DNA from: Caecitellus pseudoparvulus
Taxonomy: Eukaryota > Protista > Bigyra: Bicosoecida
Assembly (NCBI GenBank): GCA_965644315.1
Contig: CBFFRQ010000067.1
Coordinates: 496,001 to 560,000 of the forward strand
Direction: 5' to 3'
Length of the DNA stretch: 64,000 bases
In this document: positions 23,284 to 34,985 of the stretch, in pieces
Numbering within the stretch: the first letter of the stretch is position 1
Layout of the letters: each line of letters begins with the position of its first letter
Notes under the pieces: model-generated
What the model was told of the DNA's origin: nothing
Seen by the model: the letters and a program-made list of their open reading frames with translations, nothing else
The model's database searches: none
Program-made: the position numbers and the translations under genes

Positions 23284-23613
23284 TCCCTGCAAATGCAGAT
23301 TGATGCCACGTACTTGAGGGTGTTGCACGTATATTCGTCCTGCTTTTAGGATTCGCGGGGTTTGAAGGCCGGCGCGGACTGCCAAGTCATCACGGCACAG
23401 TGCGCTGCTGCGCAGTGTGTTGAGACCCTGCGGCTCCTGGCTCGCGCCATCAACAATGGAGCACAGAGGTGCTCACATCAATTACATTCTCCGTCACCTG
23501 GGAGCAGGAGCAACCAGCTGAGGGCTTTCCGCTCAGGACTGCATGCGCTCACCTCTGGCACGCCTCAGCAACCGATGCGCTCTGTGGATGGCAGAGGCCA
23601 TGCCGGGTAGAGA

Positions 23614-26600
23614 TCAGTCTGAATCGGAGTCAAAGGATTCTGTTGAAACGTCCGAGCTGCTCCCTGAGCTAGACAGCACAGTGCACACCCCGGCACCAGT
23701 GCTACCTCCCTCCAATGAAAGACTGCCTGATCTGCTGTCGTCTCCGAGGCCTTCTCCAACGCCTGACAGTTCTCCTCTCACACCTGTGGCTTGCTCAAGT
23801 GAAGGACTGGCCCCCGTGTTAACTAACTGGGGAGCCCCATCACCCTGCAAGTCAGGCTGCGCAAGGCGGCGGCCCTCGCTCAGCGCGAGGGTGCGAAGGC
23901 AAGCTGAGGCCTCACCTGTGACTGCCCGTCTCGGCTGTGGACTGTCTCCAATAGCGCCAGGTTCGGCTGTAGAGTCGGATACTGTGTTCGCAGGTGGGCG
24001 CCGGCACCACACCAGAACGACAGTAGCAGCCAGGATGGCCAGCGTTCCGGCGGCGGCGAGAAGCGCGACCCAAAGGTAGTGGATGTACACGGTCGGGATC
24101 GAGTGTTTGGCGAGGAGCTGCAGCAACGAGCGACGGGGGTGCAGCAGGCTTGATACGATACTTGCTTGATCGCCCTCCGCAGAATCCTGGGCGTCCGCTG
24201 TGACGTGCTCTTGCGGCACCAATGCCAGGGCGCTTCGAATCCAGCTTGCTGTCCAGCTGTGAGCGAGGTCGTGCACCACCCTCGCATAGCTTGGAGGTGG
24301 CTCCGCTGCCGCTTCGCGTTCCTCTTGACGTTCCCAAGGGTTCCCCTTTGGGTTCGCTGGGTGCTCCTTTGGTTTCAATGCAACCTTCGCCACGGAGTGT
24401 GCTGCAGTGTCGTGAATGCCCGCTGGCGTCCACCAATGCAGGCCTGGAACGAAACTGGCCAGCGTTTGGAGAAATGGAGAAGCTTCGACGGCTCGACGAG
24501 CCTGTAACCTTGCCAAGGCTATGTACACAGGCACGGCATGCGCGAGGCCTGCTGTCACAGGCGCGACCTGCAGCACCTGCTCGTAGTACAGCACCGCCCG
24601 AAGCGGGTCAGGGCGAAGCACTCCCGGCACACCGTGTTCGTACAAGTAGCCCAGGTTGTAGGCAGCTTGCGCGTTGCCGCGCCCCGCCGCGCCTGCAAAG
24701 AGCTGCATGGCCTGTGACACATCCACAGGCAGCCCGCCTCGGCCGAAGAGGTGCATGGTGCCCAATGGAAGCTGCACCTCCACAGCACCAAGGGCGTGCG
24801 CTCGTTCGTACAGCTGCCTGGAGAACGCCGCCTGCAGCCCATCCCAATGATCAGATGAAGGAACTGAGGGTAGCAACTGCAGGTCAGTGGGCTGCCCCAT
24901 GTGAGAAGCCAGGCGGGCCAGGCGGCGATCAAAAAGATACGCTGCGTTGCCATAGCCCGCTTGCAGGCCCAGGTGCGCTGCTTCCAGATACAGCATGGCA
25001 GCTCCAGTGTAATCTCGCAGCAAGTAGCGGTCGAAGGCTGCACGGGGCAGACCTCCCCACTCGCCCATGCCTGCGGCAGCCCGCAGGAACTCAGAGGCGG
25101 TGGCGACGTTGCGAGCTAGGTACCCTTGCCCAGTGTAGTGTTGCTCCCCAATGGCAGTGATTGCATCAAAGTGCCCAAAGTCCTGCGCTGCAACGAGCAT
25201 CAGCTCTGCAGCCGCTGCCTGGTTCACGGGTGTCCCCGTGCCTTGTTGGTGGCATGTGGCAGCGTTGAAGATGGAGTCACCATCCAGTCGCTGGTCAGCA
25301 GCACGTGTGAACAGGTGGAAGGCTTTGGTTTGGTTTTGCTCCACGCCATCTCCGAAATAGTACATGAAGCCAAGCCCATTTAGACCCCTGATGTTGCTGG
25401 CGTTAGCAGCGGCCGAGTAAAGCTGCAGCGCCTGTGAATGGTTCTGAGCAACGCCTTCCCCTTTCAAGTACAGCCCTGCAAGGGCTGACATGGCTTGTGC
25501 GTTCCCCGCACGAGCAGCGATGCCGAAGAAGCGAGCAGCCTGTGCCTGGTCCCGCTGCACGCCCCTGGCTCCCCAGTAGTACAAGTCTGCCATGTTCAAG
25601 GCAGCAGTGGCATCCCCTGCCTCTGCCTGGGCAAGCTGGTACTGAATGAGCTCGTCGTCTTCCCCATGCTGACCTTGCTCGATCCACTCCACAGTGTCCA
25701 TGTTCAGAAGAGCGGTCTCATGAAACGGTTGCTGGCCGCGTTTGTGGAATGCCTCCTTTGCGACGCGGGAGGACAGGAAGAGGTAGAACGCTGCACCCTC
25801 TGCATCCTGCCATGGAACACCAGGTGCATCGTACAAAGCTGCAAGGGCTGTCCACGCTCGAGGCCACCCCAGCATCCCTGCAATGTGCAGGAGCCCAACT
25901 CCTGGCTGCAGCTGGGCTTGTGACCCAGTCGCAACGAGCGCAGCCTCCGCTTCCGCAGCTGCAGTGGGGTGCGCTCCACTCCCTGCATGGGTCATCCAGA
26001 GCATGGCAAGCATGTACGTCGCCTCAGCATGTTTATGGTGAGTAGAAGTCACGCCCAACACCTCCTTTGCCCTTGCCGTGTCCCGTGCTGGGACTTGTGG
26101 TGGCGACGCTGGGGCTGCTGCCGCTTCAACGGTGGCTGATACTGAGTCCAAAAGGCTGCTGGACTTGTCATTGCGTGCATAGAAAGCAGCCCACCGTCGT
26201 GTCTCGTCTTTGCACTGGGCGCGAGGCGGCTGAAGGAGGAGCTTCGACAGTTCAACACAAGCGTCAGGGAGGCCCCAGCCGTCTCCGCACGCCACGGAGA
26301 ACGCGCGCTCCACCATCATCTGATTCACATGGGAGCAATCGGCTCGAAGACTGCGTGCCTCTTCGAAAATTTCCCATGCCTCGCTCTCTGTCAACGGCAT
26401 CCCTGAGCTGGTGGTGGTGCTCGACGTCCACTCCTGCGTCGCTCCCACCACAGCGCCTAAGAGGTCACGCTCGCTGGCCCCAGGCGCATGCCCTGGATCC
26501 AAGAAGGATTCCCTAGACGCTGAAAACAACCATTGGGCCTGCTTGTCAGAGATTGGCTCACTATGCAGGTGAACGCCAGCCATTAGGCAGTGTACGCCAG

Positions 26601-28075
26601 GAGTGCCTGGCATGCTGCCCAGGTGAAGTGGGTGTGTGTTCGCAAGGGGGGGGTCCTTATTCGGAAAGTACACAGACGCTGCAAACTGTCCATTCGTGAA
26701 CACATGCACCTCGTACGATCGCGTGGTGTCGCACCATGTCGGCTGCGTCGCTGCCACGCATGCAGTGTGGTTATACACAGACAAAGTCAGGTGGACCCAC
26801 GTTCGACGTGGCAGGCGCACCGCTGTCTCCAGCCCCACATCCACCTCAGCAGCCGTGGAGAACCGAAGACTCACCAGATAGCCAGAACCTGGTTGATGTG
26901 GCGGGTGCAACCACAGACTTGGTGTGCGCTGCTGGTCCTGCACGGCTCCCTTGAAGATGAGCGGCGCTGGAGCCGAGTCGGAGTCAATGTGAGACACCCA
27001 CACCCACATGGACACGGCCCAGGAGCCACTTCCCCCTTTCTGCATGGAAGGCGGCTGCTGACTGGGGTACAGCGTGACTTCAGCAGCCCCTCCAGCGCTA
27101 AATACAGCCTCGCTGCTCCACCTGCGGGAGAAATCGCGCAGGATTCGTGTGTGACGGCTGGGGCTCTGCACTTCGCAAGCAACACAGACCATGCTGCAGG
27201 CAACGATGACACGGCATCTTCTTCAACGAGCGATCCCCCCGTTGACCCGATGGGAACGACGGAGGGATCGCAGTCTCGAACGTGAACTGCTGCCTCGGCG
27301 CCAAGGCGGCTGCCGTTGCTGTGGAGAAGAGACACGTGGAGGTCTCCTGCATGAAGTGGCCGAGCATGAAGTGTGAGCGTATGTGGTTCTTCCGGTTTGT
27401 GTGAGAGGAACGTATCCTTGTGCGTGACAAGGTTGGCTGTTAGACCCTCCAGGGAAGCCACCTCGGCGCTTGTGTTGCTGCTGCGGTGGAGCACCAGGCG
27501 CGTGGGGGTTTCCCAGCTCACGTGGGACAAGCCCAGCCGTTTGTCGAGGCGGAGGACCGACGAAACATTCAGTGTTGTAAGGTTTTGCCTGCAAAGCGTG
27601 CGAGCAGTGCAAGGATGTTGCTTCCAAGCGCAGGAGCGCAGACGGAAGCTCAAATACCGCACATGGCCGTGCTCGCCGTGAAGTCAAACACCAAGCGGTC
27701 CTCAACCACCATAGCTGAGGCCAAGGCAAGCTTGCACTTTGCACCTGGAGCTCCACCGGCGCACTGCATGGCTGGGCTGTGCAGGAGGTGCGCCATGTCC
27801 CCAAGCACTGGCTGCTCAACCAGCACGCCTGCATTCCCTCGCACAGAAAGGCGCGTCTGAACGGCGAGCGCCTTCGGCAGTGTGGCTTTGATCTCGACCA
27901 CTTCGTACAGGCACACTGAGTCAGGAGCCTCCAAGTGCACTGAAGACCTCAGGGTAGCGCGCTGGACTGCGGAGCTGTCGTCATCGAGTGCGCCAGCTGC
28001 TGCGCTGCAGGCGAGCACCAGAAGCGGTGCGACGACATGGAGATGAAGGCGGCTGCAGATACGCGTGTGACTCAT
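23614..28075 (-). CDS. SEL1-repeat ER membrane protein with LamG-like domain (SEL1L3/HRD3-like; 2 introns)
   Basis: Signal peptide (VVAPLLVLACSAAAGA); LamG/ConA-like region (WAVSMWVW...QRTPSLWL...RRTWVHLTL...VFTNG); SEL1 repeats (GEDDELIQYQLAQAEAGD, LAGLYLKGEGVAQN, GLGFMYYFGDGVEQN, AAYNLGYLYEHG); C-terminal TM (YLWVALLAAAGTLAILAATVVLVW). Confidence 0.8.
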
Positions 28076-28430
28076 GGCTGCAACTGTGCATGTGCGACAT
28101 GACCTGGAGCTGACGGACTGCGAGTTATGTGCCCTTCTGCGCATAGCTTGACAAGCAAGAGGCCGGCGGACCCTCCTATCACAATCTTCTCCAAGCGCTA
28201 AGAGCTCATGCTTAGGGACGCTTGCGTGTTTATGCAAGACGGTGGCTGCACATGTAAAAATAAGGGTGGAAAGGCACCAAAACCATAACCTCACACTACC
28301 TCTACCCATCCCCGTCAGACCTGCGTTCCTGCACTGGCATTTCCTCAGCCAGCGCCTTCAGTGCTGCACGGTCCACCACGCCACCAGCCGCGGCCATCCG
28401 CGTTTCACGGTTGCTCTCACACGCCTCGCC

Positions 28431-29289
28431 ATGGCTGCAGAGCGGAACGTCCTGTCCCGCAAGCTTGTGCTGCTGGGAGACACTGCAGTGGGCAAGTCTT
28501 GCCTGGTTGTTCGCTTTGTGCGGGACGAGGTGCGTGGGCTCGTGGGGAGAGGCGCCGTGTGCCAGAGACCGCGGTGAAACCCCGCGCAAGGGCTGTGCGC
28601 AAGGCCTTGACGCTGCACGCCTCCTGCACGACAAGCACGCGATGTTCACAGTTTTATGACTACCAAGAGCCCACAATTGGTGCCAGCTTCCTGCAGCAGA
28701 GCATCACGCTGGACTATGCCACCATCAAGTTTGAGGTGCGTTGTGGCTCGACTGGCTCGCAGTGCTGCGCCAGTGCGCTCATGGTTCCGTGGCGGATGCC
28801 CGCCTGCGCGAGAGCTGCGCGCCTGTCGCCATTTCCTTAGCATTTGGCACTGCACAGGGGTTCCGCATCTCTTTTCTGGCGCAGATCTGGGACACGGCCG
28901 GGCAGGAGCGGTACCGCAGCCTGGCCCCCATGTACTACCGCGGCGCCGCTGCAGCCGTTGTGGTGTTTGATGTCACAAACAAGGAGACGTTCGAAGGCGC
29001 CAAGACCTGGGTGACAGAGCTGAAGCGCCGCGGCGACTCTGGCGTGGTCATCGCACTGGCAGGCAACAAGTGTGACCTGCCAACTCGCAGCGTGGATTCG
29101 GAGGAGGCTGGCGAGTACGCCAAGTCACAGGGCATTCTGTACATGGAGGTGAGCGCCAAGACGAACAAGAACATCAAGGAGCTGTTTGTGTCCATTGCCA
29201 ACGCCCTGCCACGCAACACTGCCGCTGACAAATCCGACCTCGTGGACATGATGGCCACTGATGACAAGAAGAAGAAGGGCTGCTGCTGA
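28431..29289 (+). CDS. RAB5: Rab5-family small GTPase (2 introns)
   Basis: KLVLLGDTAVGKSCLVVRFV, YQEPTIGASF, IWDTAGQERYRSLAPMYYRGAAAA, ALAGNKCDL, EVSAKT, C-terminal CC prenylation motif. Confidence 0.93.
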
Positions 29290-29682
29290 GGCAGCCCCTT
29301 GCGGAGGCCTACGTGGCATGCTGCTGCTCCAAGCAGCTGCCCTCTAGCCGTGTGGCACAGGCAGCTGCCACACGCAAGGTTTCTGGCACGGCCGCTGCTG
29401 ATGTGCCGATGCCATGCGCCGCCGGGGCCCGCTCACTCGCCGTGAGCCTTGCCAGCGCGTGAATAAGCTTGCATTCTGTGTGGAGGTTGCAATGCATGCT
29501 CCGTCCGAGCGGAAGAGTATGGTGGCCGGTGCATGCCCCCCTTGCCAAGGCACGTTATGCCGTGGCCGCTGGGCAGCGGCATTTCGCTCCACCGGGCACT
29601 ATCCACCGTCACAAGCCCCTACATTCACATCAGTGCTCATGCACTGCAGGCACGTGTACCCGCCACCTGCCAACGATTCACC

Positions 29683-32494
29683 ATGCGATTGTCTCTTCGA
29701 ACCCTACTGCTGGCGTCAGCAGCCGCTGCGCTGCTGGTGTGGTCTCCTCGTGAGTGTTGCCTGCCACTTTCCACCACGCCAGCGGCTGCGCTTGACGCCC
29801 TGCTCGCTCCAATACAGATGCTGTGCTGGCTGATGAGGATGCTGTGGCAGCTGATGTCGACGAGGATGCACCTGCCGCGTACGTGCAGCGTTGGGCGTCT
29901 GGGGAGCGCGCTCCCAGCGTCTGGAAGGTTTGACGCTGCCGCTGCAGCACCACGTGTCTCACGAAATCGAACACGCCTGCCGGCACAGGGGCGTGTGGTC
30001 CGAGGAGGACGCCGCAAAGCTGAAGCTGAGCGAGGAGAAGTTTGATTTCCAGGCTGAGGTGTCCCGTCTCATGGACATCATCATCAACTCCCTGTACACG
30101 AACCGCGAGATCTACCTTCGCGAACTCATCTCCAATGCCAGCGATGCGCTGGACAAGATCCGTTTCCTGTCCCTTGGGGACGCATCTGTAAGTGCCTAGT
30201 GTTGCGCAGGGAGATTCTGTTGTGGTTGGTGTGGCTTTGGCAGCACGAACCTGCGAATGGGGTCTCGTGCATGCGCTGCACGGGCGCAAAGTTCGTCGCA
30301 TGACGTGTGCGTCAATTTCCGCACCTCCGTGCCTCCGCAGCAACTGGGTGAGGGCGCCGAGCGCGAGTTGGAGATCCGCATCTCCTTCGATGAGGAGGCA
30401 CGCACCCTGACCATCGCTGACACCGGCGTTGGCATGACGAAGGAGGAACTGATCCAGAACTTGGGCACCGTGGCCAAGTCTGGCACCAGCCAGTTCGTCG
30501 AGGCCATGGCGTCTGGGGCAGATGTCGGCCTCATTGGCCAGTTCGGCGTCGGGTTCTATTCTGTGTACCTGGTGGCAGACAAGGTCCGTGTCGTGTCCAA
30601 GAACAACGAGGATGTGCAGTGCGTGTGGGAGTCCAGCGCCGACGGCACGTTCACCGTGGCCGAGGACCCCCGCGGCAACACGCTGGGCCGCGGCACTGAG
30701 ATCACTCTGTCTCTGAAGGACGACGCCAGCGAGTACCTGAACCAGGACAAGCTGGAGACCCTCATCAAGCGGTACTCTGAGTTCATCACCTTCCCCATCC
30801 ACCTGCACAAGTTCAAGACGGAGACCGTGGAGGTGCCTGTGGAGAAGGAGGAGAACATTTCCACTGGCGAGGACGCAGAGGACGAGGAGGCCGAGGACCG
30901 CGAGCTGCAGATGGAGGATGCCGACGAGGAGTCTGAGGAGGACGAGGAAGCCGCCACCAAGACCGAGACCATCAAGCGGTGGTTCTGGGTGCAGGTCAAC
31001 CAGAACTCTGCCATCTGGACGCGTGACCGCAGCGAGATCACCGGAGAGGAGTACAAGAACTTCTACAAGGGCATCGCCAAGGACTCCGAGGACCCTGCTG
31101 CCTGGATCCACTTCAAGGCCGAGGGCGAGATCGAGTTCCGCTCCATTCTGTTCGTGCCGTCCAAAGCGCCCTACAACATGTACGACGACTACTACAGCAC
31201 CAAGACCTCCCTGCGCCTGTACGTGCGCAAGGTGCTCATCTCCGACACATTCGAGGACCTGCTGCCCCGGTACCTGTCCTTCGTCAAGGGTGTCGTGGAC
31301 AGCGACGACCTGCCCCTGAACGTGTCCCGTGAGACGCTGCAGCAGCACAAGGTGCTGAAGGTCATCGGCAAGAAGCTCGTGCGCAAGACCCTGGAGATGC
31401 TGCGCAAGCTGGCCATCCGCGGGGACAAGGCGGAGAAGGGCCAGAAGGAGGAGGAGGAGGAGGAGGCCGACGCGCCTGAGCTGGTGGACGAGGACGAGAA
31501 GGAGGAGGCCGCCGCGAAGGAGGCTGAGAAGCAGTCCGAGGTGAACGACTACATCAAGTTCTGGAAGCAGTTCGGCAAGTCCCTGAAGCTGGGCATCATC
31601 GAGGACTCCTCCAACCGCTCCAAGCTCAGCAAGCTGCTGCGCTTCAAGACGACCAAGTCTGGCGACCGCCTCATCTCTTTCGCCGAGTACGTGTCCAACA
31701 TGAAGGACTGGCAGAAGGAGATCTACTTCATCGCCGCCGAGAGCGAGGAGGTGGCCCTGGAGAGCCCCTTCCTGGAGCCCTTCACGAACAAGGACCTGGA
31801 GGTGATCCTGTTCACCGACCCCATCGACGAGTACGCCCTGCAGAACCTGCCCGAGTACGACGGGTACAACCTGCAGAGCATCACCAAGGAAGACGTCAAG
31901 TTCGGCGACGAGGAGGAGGTGGACAAGAAGCGCCTGGAGATCTACAAGGACAACTTCGTGGCCCTCTCCGACTGGCTGGAGGATGTGTACGGCGACAAGA
32001 TCGACAAGGTCACCGTGTCCGGGCGCCCCTCCGCCGCCCCCGCCATGCTCGTCACCTCCAAGTTCGGCTACTCCGCCAACATGGAGCGCATCATCCGCGC
32101 CCAGGCCTTCAACGACCCCGACAAGCAGGGCTACATGTCTTCCCGCAAGACCATGGAGCTGAACCCTCGCCACCCCATCGTCACCAAGCTCCTCACCCTG
32201 GTGCAGGCTGACGACACGCAGGATGCCCAGAACACCAAGGACGTCGCATGGGCCCTGTACGATGCCGCCCTGCTGAACTCTGGCTTCCAGATGGACGACT
32301 CCAAGGGCTTCTCGGAGCGCATGTTCCGCCTGATGCAGCAGAACCTGGGCCTGGAGAACCTGGAGCTGGAGCCGGAGCTGGAGGTGACGGTGGAGGAGGA
32401 GGAGGAGGAGTATGAGTACGAGGAGGTGGAGGAGGAGGAGATCGTCGAGGAGGAGGAGGTTGTGGAGGAAGAGGAGGAGGAGGAGGAGCTGTGA
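29683..32494 (+). CDS. HSP90B1: Endoplasmin/GRP94 (ER HSP90; 3 introns)
   Basis: Signal peptide [19 protein letters not shown]; [81 protein letters not shown]; acidic tail ending EEEL. Confidence 0.95.
32394..32488 (+). repeat. GAG-rich trinucleotide tract encoding the poly-Glu tail of GRP94
   Basis: Runs of (GAG)n with few interruptions just before the stop codon. Confidence 0.8.
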
Positions 32495-32806
32495 GGCCCT
32501 TGGAAGCTTGGGGCAGTGCCGCTCGACAATGCAGCAGCTGCCCCGATCGCACCAGTGTGCACTGTTCTATGGCCGGCACTTGCCGGGAGGGAGCAAAACT
32601 CTCCACAGCCGGGTACGATTGATGCAAAGCTGCTGTTCTGTGCAATCCAGGCTATGCCCTAAGAGCACGCGCCCTGAGCTCGCCGGGTGGTGTGCCGGCG
32701 AAGCACCAGAGAGAGGTGCCGCTTCAAGCTGCGCGCAGCGTGCAAGCACAGCTTCCAAGCGGTGCTGCGAATCCCGTGCCTGACAGGGTGCAGAGAACCC
32801 ACGAAC

Positions 32807-34665
32807 ATGGACTTGAATCAGGGCCATGTGGATGATGCCGGGGATGTCGATTTGAGCATGGTGGGTGTTGGAGTTTGAGGAGCTGCTGCCGTTTGTCAAA
32901 AACCGCACCTTGCGTGGCGACTGCTCGATTGCGCAGACGGCAGTGTCGCGCGAGGCAGGGCTCTGCACGGACAGCATGTACAACGACATGAGGAGCCTGG
33001 AGATCAAGGTGCATGGTGGAGTCCGGAGCTCTGATACGTATTTGAGTGTGCGTTTGCGCCGTTTGGCTGCAGCAGTGCATCTTGGCCCTCGAACACGATG
33101 CAGTCCACACACGTACCAAACCCACCCTTGCACAGTCGCGACGAGTGCTGGTGGACTGGCTGTGTGAGGTTGGCGCAGATTGCCGCCTGGACCGCACAAC
33201 AGCGCATGTGGCTGTGGGTACTGGCTGAGCCTGCGTTTCACCGTGCCAGGCGTAACGCCAAGGCACTGCGAACGCCTCGACTTCACCCAACTCCGCGCCC
33301 CCTCCGACCGTGCAGGTTGCGTACATGGACCGTGTCTTCGCCACCAGCGAGGTCTCCGAGGACAAGTACCAGTTGCTGGCAATGACGTGCCTAATCATGG
33401 CTGGTGCGCGGGGCTCACGCATTTGAACTTGCCTGTCTGTGGCTGCACCGACGCGCCCGCATCCCTCGCAGCCAAGTTCGAAGAAGCAGAGGAGGTGGTG
33501 CCCCGCATCTCTGACCTGTGCTCCTTCGCCGGCATCCACGGGCAGCTGCCTCAGGTGGAGGCCGCCGAAGTGCACAAGATGGAGGTGTTGCTGCTGACCA
33601 AGTGAGTTTCGCCATCCACCCGCATTCTCCCCCTTGCCCCGTGCCACACGGCGCCGCCGCCCTCCCGGCTGATCGCAGGTTTGACTGGTGTCTGTCCACA
33701 GTGGTGCCGCAGCACTGCTTGGGCTACTTCTTCAAACGGGTGCGTGTGTTCCCGGCGCACTGAAGCTCGGCAGGGCTGCAACACGCCCCTCCCCGCCCTC
33801 GCCGCCACAGGGACTGGTGTTCCCGGACGACACCATGACTGGCAAGCCACCCGTCCCAGAAGTGCACGCCTACGTCAAGAAGTACTTGGACTTCTTCGCC
33901 GAGCTGGTGTGCCAGACGGTGGAGTTCCAGGCATACCTGCCCTCTCTGCAGGCGGCAGCCATCGTCGTGGCCACGCGCCGGGCTGTGAACCTGCAGCCCA
34001 ACTGGGCGCCGGGGCTGGAGGAGGTGCTGCAGTACACTGCCAGCGACGTGCAGACTCCCTTCCTGCACTTGTGGCTGCACTATGCGCGCGCCTTCCCCCA
34101 GCAAGCTGACGTGACTGACCGGCAGTTTGGCGATGAGCTGGCGGCCCTGACGCGGGCCGTGCCGTGCACTGGCGAGACGGCGGCGGCTGCAGCCACCATC
34201 AGCTCTCGCTTCTCCCTGCAGCCTCGTCCCAGCCCCGTCACGCCAGGCACAGTGGCGGCCGGTGACTTGTCACGCCGCTCGGACGGCAGTGGCGCGAGCT
34301 TCCTCTCTGAGAGCGTGGCAGGCAGTGCCAGCGCGTCCCCGGCCCTGCAGGGCGGCCGCGTGGCCACCTTCCACTTCGCGGGGGCCAGCTCCACCTCCTC
34401 CCCCGCCCTGGCCTCCACACCGGGCGTGAACCCATACCTGTCCAGCGCGCGACTGGGGGCATCTGCCAGCGGCGTGGCCCTGCAGGCGCCCGGCACTGGT
34501 GGCTATGCTCTGAGGAGCTCCTCATCCGCCGGCCTCCTGCAGAACACCAGCCAGGCTGCTGTGCTGCAGGCGCAACCAGTGAATTGGGCCGCTGCAGGGG
34601 GCGGCAAGGGTGGCGCCGGGGCAGGGCTGCTGTCTCGGGCGGCGTACGTGGCCAACATGCGGTGA
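32807..34665 (+). CDS. Cyclin (cyclin J-like; 6 introns)
   Basis: Spliced cyclin box: SRRVLVDWLCEVG...TAHVAVAYMDRVF...YQLLAMTCLIMAAKFEEAEEVVP...HKMEVLLLTKFDWCL. Second fold FQAYLPSLQAAAIVVATR...W. Confidence 0.85.
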
Positions 34666-34985
34666 GAGGGGGGAGTGGAAGGGGGTGTGTGAACACCTCG
34701 CTTGCACCTGCCTGGCCGCATGTCTCGCCTTGGTTGCCTTGATAATGTATGTTTCCGCGACAACGCCGCCAGATTTCCACCAGCGCCACGTCCGACGCAG
34801 CAAAAACTTCTTTCCCTCAACGACGCAGTACATTTCATCGTTGCCCTTCCTGCGCTGCCTCAAAGCTCCACTCGTCGATTCTGCAAGCAGGGTGGGTTGG
34901 CCTGTGCTAGCGTTTCACTGCCCTTGCCCCAGCACACATCACCTGCTCTCAAGCCGCTGCCTGCACAGACGCAGGCTCTGCCACC

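Noticed and set aside
29678-32173. 831-aa antisense ORF over GRP94
   Set aside because: Shadow of strong C/G-ending codon bias in a highly expressed HSP gene; no recognisable motifs.
23614-32494. Putative ERAD/endomembrane cluster (SEL1-like, Rab5, GRP94)
   Set aside because: Adjacency of three housekeeping genes in a compact genome is compatible with chance; no shared regulatory motif seen.
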